From NCBI GenBank assembly GCA_016873715.1, contig VGWF01000001.1, positions 64,394 to 128,393 of the forward strand: a stretch of 64,000 nt of DNA, read 5' to 3'. Source of the DNA: Lentisphaerota bacterium (GTDB taxonomy: Bacteria > Verrucomicrobiota > Kiritimatiellia > PWTM01). Both the position numbers and the translations under genes were made by a program. Shown piece after piece: positions 1 through 9,200 of this stretch; position 1 is the stretch's first letter, and the number at the start of each line of letters is the position of its first letter. The notes under the pieces are model-generated. The model was given only the letters and a program-made list of their open reading frames with translations, had not been told where the DNA came from and ran no database searches.

Positions 1-327
1 TTCATCGGGACCGCTCCATTCCGGACCATTAAACGGAGCGATCCCCTGATTATTGCCCTTCGATCGGCCCGCAGATTCAACACGAAAGGGACTCGGAAGG
101 AAAGCCCGGGGGAGGTGGGGCGCGAACAACACCCGACAGCCAACGTCCGACACCCACCATCCAACGGGGGGCGCGGGGTGACCTCGGAACGTGAAGCCTG
201 GAACTTGGAACTTGAAACTTGCCACCCCGGGGCGCGTACTTGGGGTGAACGGAGACCTACCCATGCGCGGCATGCTTCGAGTCGTGTGGTTGGCGCTGGC
301 GGCGGCGGTCGCGATGCTGGCCGCCGG

Positions 328-1224
328 ATGCGGCCCGGTCTGACGGCCATGACGTGGCGGCGCTACGCGGACTGCGCCCGGCTCAACGGGCGCGTCGTGG
401 GGCTGCTGGCCCGGGGCCGCTGGATGCGGTCCTCCGACATCGCCCGCAGCTACGACGCCCTCGCGCCGGACTACGACCGCGCGTGGCTCGTCCACCTCCA
501 GGACACCACCGCGCGGCTGCTGGACCGGATCCCGGGGGCGCTGCCGGAGGGGCCGATCCTCGACCTCGGCTGCGGAACCGGCTTCGCCGCCCTCCGGCTC
601 GCCCTGCGATTCCCGGGACGCGCCGTCGAGGCCTGCGATCTCTCCGCCGGCATGATCGCCGAGGCCCGCCGTCGGCCCGGCGCGGAGGCCGTCGCATGGT
701 CCGTCGCCGACATGGCCGCCTTCCTCGCCGGGCGCCCCGCGGGCTCCGCCGCGCTGGCGGTCGCCGCGTGGTCGGCCGGCTACGCGGATCTGCGCCACAT
801 CGCGAGGGACTGCGCCCGCGTGCTGCGGCCCGGCGGCCGCTTCGCCCTCGTCGTCAACCTCGCCGACACGCTCGCGCCTCTGCGGCGGGCCTTCCGCCAC
901 ACGATGCAGGCCCGGGCCGCCGATCTGCAGTGCCTCGCCCGCTTCCCGTTCCCGCGCGACGCCGCCGCGGTCCGCGCCGCGCTGCACGCGGCGGGGCTTC
1001 GCGCAGAGCACTTCGAGGAGGGCGCCTGCGCGATCGAACCGCCGCCGTCCGCCGACGGACGCCGCCTGCCCTGGCTGCTGCGGACCGGCACGCTGGCGGG
1101 CTTCGACGCGATGCTCCCGCTCGACCGGCCCGGCCCCGTCGCCGACACCTTCGAGGCGCGGCTCGCCGCGGACCCGGAGCCGATCCGCCATCACTACGCC
1201 CTCGCCGTCGCGGAGCGCCCGTGA
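328..1224 (+). CDS. Class I SAM-dependent methyltransferase
   Basis: Carries the glycine-rich SAM-binding motif LDLGCGTGFAALRL within the long ORF 115..1224. Start placed at an internal ATG at 328; alternatives are ATG 115 and ATG 349. Stop codon overlaps the downstream GTG start (GTGA). Confidence 0.7.
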   Translation: MRPGLTAMTWRRYADCARLNGRVVGLLARGRWMRSSDIARSYDALAPDYDRAWLVHLQDTTARLLDRIPGALPEGPILDLGCGTGFAALRLALRFPGRAVEACDLSAGMIAEARRRPGAEAVAWSVADMAAFLAGRPAGSAALAVAAWSAGYADLRHIARDCARVLRPGGRFALVVNLADTLAPLRRAFRHTMQARAADLQCLARFPFPRDAAAVRAALHAAGLRAEHFEEGACAIEPPPSADGRRLPWLLRTGTLAGFDAMLPLDRPGPVADTFEARLAADPEPIRHHYALAVAERP

Positions 1225-2534
1225 GCCTCTCCCTCCTCCAGTACGCCGCGCTGCTGCTCGACCCGCGCGTGTCGGGTCCGCCGCTGCGCGCGCTGCGGAC
1301 GATGCGCGCGCGCGGCATCCGGCGGCTGCCGGATCGCGTCTACGACCCGGCCAGCGGACGGCTGCGCCCGGCGCAGATGCGCCGGTTCCTCCGCGACTGG
1401 CTCGCCGGCGAGCGGCTGACGCGCCACCGCGGACAGTGGGTCCTCAACTCGTTCCTGCCGCCGTTCCCGGGACCCGCCTACCGGCGGATGTTCGACAACC
1501 TGTTCTCGGGCCGCCACCTGAGCCCCGTCTCCGCGTTCCTCGCCGTCACCGCGCGCTGTCCGGCGGACTGTCCGCACTGCAGCCGCGGCGGCCGGCGCGA
1601 CGGGGCGGAGCTGACGACCGCGCAGTGGACCGGCGTCATCCGCCAGTTGCACGGGCTGGGCACGAGCATCCTCGGCTTCACCGGCGGCGAGCCGTGCGTG
1701 CGAGACGACCTTGCGGTCCTTGTCCGCGCCGCAGCGGGCGGCGGCGCGGCGACGATCCTCTTCACGTCCGGCCGCGGGTTCGACGAAGCGCTCGCGCGGC
1801 GGCTGCGCGGCGCGGGCCTGTGGTCCGTGTGCGTGAGCCTCGATGCGGACACCGCCGCCGCTCACGACGCCGCGCGCGGGGCCGGCTCGTTCGCGACGGC
1901 GGTCGCCGCGCTCCGGCTCGCGCGCTCGCTCGGCTTCTACACGATGGCCGGCGCGGTCGCGTCGCCCGCGTTCGTCGAGTCCGGCATGCCCGCGCGCATC
2001 CACGGACTCCTCGCCGGACTTGGCGCGCAGGAGTTGAGGGTCGTCGAGGCGATGCCCTGCGGGCGCATGACGGGGTGTGCGACGGACGCGTTGCTCACGC
2101 CGGACCACGTCGCGGCGCTGCGGCGGTTCCACGTCGAGACGAACCGTTCCGGGCGCGGGCCGAAGGTCTGCGCCTTCAACCACGTCGAGAGCCCGGAGAT
2201 CTTCGGCTGCGGCGCCGGAACGCAGCACCTCTTCATCGAGCCCTCCGGCGTCGTGTGCCCGTGCGATTTCACGCCGCTCGGCTTCGGCAGCGTGCTGGAG
2301 ACGCCGCTGGCCGACTTGTGGCGCCGGATGAACCTCGCGATGGGGGACAACCCGCGCACGCACTGCTTCATCCAGCGGAACCGGGACCGTGTCCGCGCCC
2401 GGGCCGCCGACGGCTACCCGCTGCCGCGCGACGTCAGCGAGGCGATCTGTCGCGAGGCCGGTCCGGAGCCGCTGCCGGCCTACTTTGCCCTCGTCACGTC
2501 CGGCGGCAAGGCCGGCGGAAAGGAACCGTCATGA
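1221..2534 (+). CDS. Radical SAM enzyme with C-terminal SPASM-type Cys cluster and a ~100-aa N-terminal extension that may recognise a peptide substrate
   Basis: CxxxCxxC motif (CPADCPHC) followed by GGEP. C-terminal motif CAFNHVESPEIFGCGAGTQHLFIEPSGVVCPCDF is typical of SPASM/twitch auxiliary Fe-S domains. GTG start at 1221 overlaps the methyltransferase stop. Its own stop overlaps the next gene's ATG (ATGA at 2531). Confidence 0.8.
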   Translation: MSLSLLQYAALLLDPRVSGPPLRALRTMRARGIRRLPDRVYDPASGRLRPAQMRRFLRDWLAGERLTRHRGQWVLNSFLPPFPGPAYRRMFDNLFSGRHLSPVSAFLAVTARCPADCPHCSRGGRRDGAELTTAQWTGVIRQLHGLGTSILGFTGGEPCVRDDLAVLVRAAAGGGAATILFTSGRGFDEALARRLRGAGLWSVCVSLDADTAAAHDAARGAGSFATAVAALRLARSLGFYTMAGAVASPAFVESGMPARIHGLLAGLGAQELRVVEAMPCGRMTGCATDALLTPDHVAALRRFHVETNRSGRGPKVCAFNHVESPEIFGCGAGTQHLFIEPSGVVCPCDFTPLGFGSVLETPLADLWRRMNLAMGDNPRTHCFIQRNRDRVRARAADGYPLPRDVSEAICREAGPEPLPAYFALVTSGGKAGGKEPS

Positions 2535-3133
2535 GCCTCGTTGCGCGAAGGGTATGGTTCATCGTGGCCGGCGCCGTCGCCGGATTCCTCAGCGGCGCGA
2601 TGGTGCCGCACGTGTTCGGTGTCCGCGGGCTGATCCTCGGCATGGCGATCTCCGTCGGGGCGGCGATGCTGAATCCATGGCGGCGGGATCCGGACGGCCG
2701 GACGCCGGGCCTCGCGCGAACCCTGGGCGTGGCGGCGGGTGTGGCCGTCGCGGCCTTCGGACTGATCCTCGCGTGGCACGAGATGGTTCCGCCGCCGCAC
2801 CACGACATCGATCTGAACCGGATGAACGCGGTGGCGGCCGGACTCGGGTGCGTGGTCACGGCCGCCGGGATCCTGCTCGGCTATCGCGCGCGCCGGGCCG
2901 GGATCCGCCGCGCGTGGGCGTGGTTCGTCCTGACGCCTTTTGCGACCGCGGCCTTGCGGTCGTGGTCCGTCGGAGGCATCGAGGCGTTCCCGTTCTCCCT
3001 GCTTCTCGGCTCGACCCCGTTCGTCCTCCTGTGGCTCCTCGCCGCCCGCCTCACCGACCCCGGGTGGTCACACGTCCGGTGGCTCCGGGCGGCTTCGGAC
3101 GACGGGGCCGTCGCCGGGCACGGGGCGGAATGA
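2531..3133 (+). CDS. Integral membrane protein with ~6 predicted TM helices (paralog A)
   Basis: Hydrophobic helices. N-terminal region VAGAVAGFLSGAMVPHVFGVRGLILGMAISVGAAMLNPW aligns with the downstream gene. ATGA overlap on both sides. Confidence 0.65.
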   Translation: MSLVARRVWFIVAGAVAGFLSGAMVPHVFGVRGLILGMAISVGAAMLNPWRRDPDGRTPGLARTLGVAAGVAVAAFGLILAWHEMVPPPHHDIDLNRMNAVAAGLGCVVTAAGILLGYRARRAGIRRAWAWFVLTPFATAALRSWSVGGIEAFPFSLLLGSTPFVLLWLLAARLTDPGWSHVRWLRAASDDGAVAGHGAE

Positions 3134-3768
3134 AGGTGTTCCTGCATCAACTGGGATTCGTTCTTGCCGGTGGAGCGGCCGGATTCGCGAGCGGCATCCT
3201 GATGCCTGGCGCGGGCGGAGTTCGGGGTGCCATTCTCGGCGCCAGCATTGCCCTTGGAGCGGCCGTGCTGAATCCGTGGAAGGGTCGCGCGACGATGCCC
3301 GGGCTCGTCCGCGTCTTCGTTGTGGCCGTTCTTGCGGGCGCCATGGCGGCCGAGGGCATCATCGCATGGGAGTGCGTGCGTCCCTACGAGTGGAGTCGCA
3401 TGGAGCCTTTCGGGCATCACGCTCTCGACCCGCTGGCCGGCCAGGCCGTCGCCGGGAGCCTTTCCTACTCGATCACCCTGTTGTTCTGGATCCGGGCCCG
3501 CAGGGCCAGCCTTCACCATTCGTGGGCTTGGCTGGCCGCAGCGATCGTGTTCGGACCGGTCGCGCGGCTCGTGGGCGCAGGTGGTCCCGTGGCAGTTGAA
3601 GCCGAGACCCTGTTGGGAATGGCCCTCTTCGTTGCCCTGACCGCGCTGCCGTTTGCCGGATTCTGGTTCTACGCTGCACAGGTGGCCGACCCGGCCTGGA
3701 CGCGCAGGCGCTGGTTCCTAAGGACCCAGGGAAGGGTGCCACCGCCGCCCCTGCCGCCATCGGTCTGA
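3130..3768 (+). CDS. Integral membrane protein with ~6 predicted TM helices (paralog B, tandem duplicate)
   Basis: LAGGAAGFASGILMPGAGGVRGAILGASIALGAAVLNPW is paralogous to the upstream gene. ATG at 3130 overlaps the upstream stop. Confidence 0.65.
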   Translation: MKVFLHQLGFVLAGGAAGFASGILMPGAGGVRGAILGASIALGAAVLNPWKGRATMPGLVRVFVVAVLAGAMAAEGIIAWECVRPYEWSRMEPFGHHALDPLAGQAVAGSLSYSITLLFWIRARRASLHHSWAWLAAAIVFGPVARLVGAGGPVAVEAETLLGMALFVALTALPFAGFWFYAAQVADPAWTRRRWFLRTQGRVPPPPLPPSV

Positions 3769-3779
3769 CCTCCCGGCGT

Positions 3780-3822
3780 CCAACCCTTGGAAGTCGCAAA
3801 CCTTTCCTCTTCCAAGGGTTGG
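3780..3822 (+). terminator. Stem-loop terminator of the methyltransferase/radical-SAM/membrane operon
   Basis: Perfect 14-bp inverted repeat ccaacccttggaag / cttccaagggttgg with a 15-nt loop, starting 12 nt after the stop codon. Followed by ggaaattg, a weak U-tract. Confidence 0.4.
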
Positions 3823-3945
3823 AAATTGCCCGTTGCGGCATCTCCCGATCTCCGGACCATCTCTGTCCCCGTCCCGGTCCATGTTGTCTGTCCCCGCCGG
3901 ATCGTCGGAGTCGGGGCTTGCTTTCCGCCCGAAGGACCCGGATGG

Positions 3946-3987
3946 GTCTTACATCTGGTGATGCGATCGCACCATCAGATGTAAGAC
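3946..3987. promoter_or_regulatory. 42-bp AT-rich palindrome (12-bp perfect arms around a GCGATCGC core), candidate protein-binding site
   Basis: gtcttacatctg-gtgat-gcgatcgc-accat-cagatgtaagac. Unusually AT-rich for this genome. Sits in the 650-bp non-coding gap upstream of gpmI. Confidence 0.3.
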
Positions 3988-4290
3988 CGGCGGGACGGGA
4001 GTGGGGCGTCAGGATCTCGCTTGGAATGCTTCGACTTCGCGATCGGCGGGAGGCCGGGCTTGACGGGCTGATGGCGGAGAGCGGATCCGATGGCTGGGGC
4101 TTGAGCCGGAGCACTCCCCGGGGCTCCCGCGGTTTGCCCTTCCGCCGCCACGATCCGTCCGGCCGGATTCGGGCGTTCAGGCGCAGGTCAAGCGTGTGGC
4201 GGTCGTCCCGGGCGATGCGCAGCTTGCCTCCTGTTCCGTGCCTCTCATCCGGTGATCTCCCGCCCGCTGACGGGTTGTTCGCCGCCGGGC

Positions 4291-4318
4291 TTGAAGGTGG
4301 TCGGAAAACGGGCATAAT
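4291..4318 (+). promoter_or_regulatory. Candidate sigma70-like promoter for gpmI
   Basis: TTGAAG, 16-nt spacer, CATAAT, about 100 nt upstream of the gpmI ATG. Rare AT-rich hexamers in a high-GC background. Confidence 0.3.
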
Positions 4319-4419
4319 GGAAAGACTGCAACCATGCTGTCCGGCGACCGTCACGGGTTCACTTCGGGATCCGGGGCGGGCGGGGCCGGGCGGGCAATAA
4401 CCGGGCGGGAGCGAACGAC

Positions 4420-6078
4420 ATGGAGACCTTGCGGCGGATGGCGGGCTACGCGGGGCCGGAGGGGCCGGTGGTGCTGCTGATCATGGACGGCGTCGGGATC
4501 GGGAAGCACGAGGACGGCGACATGGTTCGCGCCGCGCACACGCCGCATCTCGACTGGCTGGCCGGGAATGCGATCGCCAGCAGCCTGAAGGCCCACGGAA
4601 CCGCCGTCGGCATGCCGAGCGACGACGACATGGGGAATAGCGAGGTCGGCCACAACGCGATCGGCTGCGGCCGCGTCTTCGCGCAGGGCGCCCGGCTGGT
4701 CAGCGAGGCGATCGCCTCGCGCGCCCTCTTCGCCGGCCAGGCGTGGCGCGAGGTTGTCGGCAACGTCGTGGCGAAGTCCTCGCAACTCCACTTCATCGGC
4801 CTCTTCTCCGACGGCAACGTCCACAGCCACCTCGACCACCTCGAGGCGATGCTGACGGAGGCGAAGGCGCAGGGCGTGAAGCGCGCGCGCGTGCACATCC
4901 TGCTCGACGGCCGCGACGTGCCGCCGACGAGCGCGATGACCTACGTCGACCGCTTCGAGGCGTTCCTGAAGGCGATCAACGCGGGCGGCACGGTCGACTT
5001 CGCGATCGCCTCCGGCGGCGGCCGCATGAAGGTGACGATGGACCGCTACGAGGCCGACTGGCGCATGGTGGCGACCGGCTGGGCGACCCACGTGAAGGGC
5101 GAGGGCGACGGCTTCGCGAGCGCGCGGGAGGCGATCGAGGCGCTGCGGGCGCGGAAGCCGGGCATCCTGGACCAGGACCTCCCCGCCTTCGTGATCCACC
5201 GCGGCGGGAAGCCGCTCGGGCCGGTGGTCGACGGCGACAGCGTCGTCTTCTTCAACTTCCGCGGCGATCGCTCGATCGAGATCTCCCGCGCGTTCGAGGA
5301 TGCGGAGTTCACGAAATTCGCGCGCGGGCCGCGGCCGGACGTCGTCTTCGCGGGCATGATGCAGTACGACGGCGACCTGAAGCTCCCGAAGCGCTTCCTG
5401 GTCGAACCGCCGGCCATCGACCGCACGATGGGCCAGTTCCTCGCCGCCTCCGGCGTGCGCCAGTTCGCGTGCAGCGAGACGCAGAAGTTCGGGCACGTGA
5501 CCTACTTCTTCAACGGCAACCGCTCGGGCAAGTTCAACGCCGCGCTCGAGGACTACGTCGAGGTGCCCTCGGACCTCGTCCCGTTCGAGGAGCGGCCGTG
5601 GATGAAGGCGGCGGAGATCACCGACGCCGTCCTCCGGGCGATCCGCGAGAACCGGCACCGCTTCATCCGGCTCAACTACGCCAACGGCGACATGGTCGGC
5701 CACACGGGCGTGTTCCAGGCGGTGCGCATCGCCGTCGAGGCGGTCGACCTCAGCCTGGGCCGCGTGATGAAGGCGGTGAAGGCGGCCAAGGGGATCCTCG
5801 TCGCCTCGGCCGACCACGGAAACGCGGACGACATGGCCGAGCGGGACAAGAAGACCGGCAAGGCGGCGATCGACCCGGCGACGGGCGAGCCGAAGCCGAA
5901 GACGGCGCACTCGCTCAACCCGGTGCCGGTCTTCGTGTACGACCCGTCCGGCGCGGCGAAGGCGCGCCTCTCGGGCGCGAAGGATCTCGGCATCAGCAGC
6001 CTCGCGGCGACGTGCCTGAAGCTGATGGGCTTCGAGCCGCCCGAGGGCTACACCCCGAGCGTGGTGGACGTGGGGTGA
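4420..6078 (+). CDS. gpmI: 2,3-bisphosphoglycerate-independent phosphoglycerate mutase
   Basis: N-terminal LLIMDGVGIG ... MGNSEVGHNAIG metal-site motifs typical of iPGM. 552 aa. Confidence 0.85.
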   Translation: METLRRMAGYAGPEGPVVLLIMDGVGIGKHEDGDMVRAAHTPHLDWLAGNAIASSLKAHGTAVGMPSDDDMGNSEVGHNAIGCGRVFAQGARLVSEAIASRALFAGQAWREVVGNVVAKSSQLHFIGLFSDGNVHSHLDHLEAMLTEAKAQGVKRARVHILLDGRDVPPTSAMTYVDRFEAFLKAINAGGTVDFAIASGGGRMKVTMDRYEADWRMVATGWATHVKGEGDGFASAREAIEALRARKPGILDQDLPAFVIHRGGKPLGPVVDGDSVVFFNFRGDRSIEISRAFEDAEFTKFARGPRPDVVFAGMMQYDGDLKLPKRFLVEPPAIDRTMGQFLAASGVRQFACSETQKFGHVTYFFNGNRSGKFNAALEDYVEVPSDLVPFEERPWMKAAEITDAVLRAIRENRHRFIRLNYANGDMVGHTGVFQAVRIAVEAVDLSLGRVMKAVKAAKGILVASADHGNADDMAERDKKTGKAAIDPATGEPKPKTAHSLNPVPVFVYDPSGAAKARLSGAKDLGISSLAATCLKLMGFEPPEGYTPSVVDVG

Positions 6079-6224
6079 GACGGGGGAACGGCGGGCGGAA
6101 GCGTGGATGACGGGACGAACGGACGGGTGGACGGATGATGGGATGAGGGGATGGGGCGGGGTCCGGCATCCACCCCATCATCCACCCATTCATTCGTCCG
6201 CGAGGGGTTCTCCGGGAGGAAGCC

Positions 6225-9200
6225 ATGAACGCGTGGATCCGTGGGTGGACGTGGGCGGCGTCGGCGCTGGTGCTCGCGGCGGGCGCGGGCGCGCAGGCGC
6301 CGGAGGCCGGGTGGCAGGTCGACGTCGATACGGTCCGCGTGGCGAACGCGGCGCTGGATCTCCGCGAGGCGGGCCTGTTCCGGCTCGCGGACGGCAGCCT
6401 CGTGGTACGCGTGCGGTGCGGCGCGGTGCCGGCGCCCGAGAGCGTTCGCATCCTGCTCGACGTCGACGAGCCGACCAACGGTCTTGCCGGGACGGGGGCG
6501 GACCTGATGATCGAGGGCGATGTCCTCTTCCGCTACCCGCGCTTCGCGAAGGGCTGGGAATGGAACGAGGTCTCCGGCGTGGCCTCGGTCGCCTCGGAGT
6601 TCGGCACGCGCAGCATGCTGCTTCCTGCGGGGGTTCCGGCCCCGCGGATGCGGTGGGCGGTGGAGACGCTGGACCGCGAGTGGAAAACGGTCGACCGCCT
6701 CCCCGCGCAGGGCATGGTCGAGTCCCGCCTCGAGCAGCTTCCGGAGATGGGGCCCTCCGCGGGCCCGCCTCCGGCCTCCGGCCTCCTGATCACGGCGGCC
6801 CCGCCGCTGGTCGCGCGCTTCCCGGCCCTCGCGCAGGGGGCGTGGGCGGAGGACGCGGCGGCGAAGGCGATGACCTTCCCGCTCCACGGCGGCGCGGCGG
6901 CGCCGGTCCGCTTCGAGGTCCGCCCGGTCGGCGGCGCGGCGGAGGCGATGACGCCGGCGTCGGCGTGGCGCGACGGCGAGCGCGTGAAATGGAGCGGCAC
7001 CAACGCCGGGCTCTCGTGGACGATGCTGGCGGTGCCCGGCGCGGCGGGGGACCTGTGGGTCGCGGCCGAGTTCCAGGGCGGGCGCGAAGCCGCCTTTGAT
7101 TTCGCCGCCTCGATCGGCCTGCCGGCGTGGTCGTGGACGGTGGCGGACGGCACGCGGGCGGGGCGTCCGCTCGATGCGCAGGCGTGGCGCGGCGGCGGGC
7201 TCGGGACGACGTCGCCGGTCGGCGAGGCCCGCAGCCAGGCGTTGTGGCCGTTCGCGGTCGCGTCGTCGCCCTCGGGCACGGTTGCGCTGGTGGCCGATCC
7301 GGACGAGCCGCGGCCGGTCTTCTACGAGGGCGGCGCGCAGCCGCCGACCGTCGCGATCGTCCACCCGATGGCGGTGACGCCGATGACGACGCGATCCCCC
7401 GGCCGCGCCTGCGTGGCCTTCCTCGTGCGCGGCGCCGCGCCGTCGGCCGATCCGTTGCGGTCCGCGGCGGCGTGGTGGCACGGGTTGCTGGCGCCCGGCG
7501 CGACGCCCCCGGTGCCGACGCAGTGGCTCGACACCGGGGCCGATGCGGCGGCGGCGCGGAAGATCGTCGGGGGCCCCGTCGCGGTCGAGGCGCTGCGGTC
7601 CGGCGAGTCCGGCGCGGTGGCCGAGGCGTGGCGGTACGTGCGCCTGCGGCCGTGGTGGTGCGAGATGCCGGTGCCCCGCGGCGTGAAGGCCGACGCGGCC
7701 GAGGCGATGCGGCTGCTGCGGTTCCATGCGGCGGCCGGCGGGCCGCTGGCCTGGTACGCGCAGTCGGCGATCCTCGGCGCGGCGCGCGGCGCGGACGATT
7801 CGGTTGCGATGCGGGCGGTCGCGACGCCCGGCGGGACGGTGCTGCGCGTGGCGGTCTCGACCGACCCGCACTTCCTGACGACCCCCGGCGCGCCGTGGAA
7901 CCGCTCGATGCTCGAGTGGGCCTACGCGACGCAGTTCCACGACTCGCCCGGGATGGCGGCGGTGCTGTTCGACGGCCTCGACGGGCTCGGCGGGCTGGAT
8001 CACAACCGCGCGACGCTCGCCGCGGCCGACCGGGCCGCCGCGCACGCGGCCGGCTCGCGGCTGCCCGGCGTGCCCCGCGCCCTCGATGCCTTCGAGTTCC
8101 TCGACGCCTTCCGCCGCGCCATCGGCCCCGGGCGGCGCGCGATCGCGCTGGCCGACCCGTTCGAGGAGCACGCGATGTTCGCGCCGTTCGCCGACGTCAC
8201 CGTGTTCACCGATGCGGCGCGTCCGGCGGACGGCGGGGCGCGGGCCTTCCGCCACCGGCTGCTGGCCGGCGCCCGCCCCTGCGTGCGGGTGATCTCGGGC
8301 GATTTCGAGTGGATGGATCCCGCGACGTTCCGCGCGGCCCTCGCCGACTCGCTCTTCCTCGGCATGATCCCGTCGGCCGGGCGCGACGCGGCGGGGCGCG
8401 ACTACTGGTCGCAGCCGGCCTGGGTCGCGCGCGACGCCGTGGCGTTGCGGACGCTGGTGCCCCTCGCGCGGCGTCTCGCCGCGGCGGGGTGGCGCGTCGA
8501 GGGGACGGCCTCGGCGGCGGGCGAGGGGATCGATGTCGAGTCCTTCGGCTCCGGCGAGCTGCGCATGGCGACCGTTCGCAACGGCGGACGGGCGTCGCGC
8601 GAGGTCGAGCTGGCCTGGAGCGAGGTCGGCGGGCCGGTGTACGTGGTGCAGCCCCTGACCGCCGCGTGCGACTACCTCGAGCCCCGCGAGGGCGCGATCC
8701 GTTCGAGCCTGCACCTCGGGCCGGGCGAGGTGGCGGTGCTGGACCTGGTGCCGGCCCCGGCGGTCGAGGCCGAACTCGGGTTCCTCGACGGCTGGAACCC
8801 GTCGGCGGGGGAGGGCGAGGCGGCGGCGGCGAATCTCCGGGCGCTCCGCAGGGAGATGGAGGCGGGCGTCGGGACATGGGTGTCGTGCGCGGCGCCGCTG
8901 ATCCGCGGGAGCCGCAACGCCGTCGCGGTGCGCATCCTCAACCGCGGCGACTCGCCGCTGGTCATCGCCGAGGCGCGGCTGACGGGCGCGGGCGGCGCCG
9001 CGGCGATGCTCGCCGAGCCGCGCATCCTCGGCGCGGGCGAGGCCGCGGGGTTCACGGGCGAACTGACCGACGACCTGCCCGGCGCGACGCCGTGGGTGAC
9101 GCTGTCGTGGCGGCTGCAGCGCGGCGACCGCGAGTGGATCTCGACCCGCCGGCTCCGCGCGGCCTTCGTCGCGCCGGTCGAGGTGATGCCCGCCCGCGCC

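Noticed and set aside
115-327. Upstream extension of the methyltransferase to ATG 115 (369 aa)
   Set aside because: The N-terminal 70 residues are Arg/Gly/His-rich low complexity with no Rossmann-fold context. The internal ATGs at 328 and 349 give a typical ~290-aa class I methyltransferase. Kept as an alternative start.
3823-4419. tRNA or other RNA gene in the long non-coding gap upstream of gpmI
   Set aside because: No cloverleaf-compatible arrangement (acceptor stem, T-loop GTTCRANYC-like motif) could be recognised by eye. Left as an open question in the findings.
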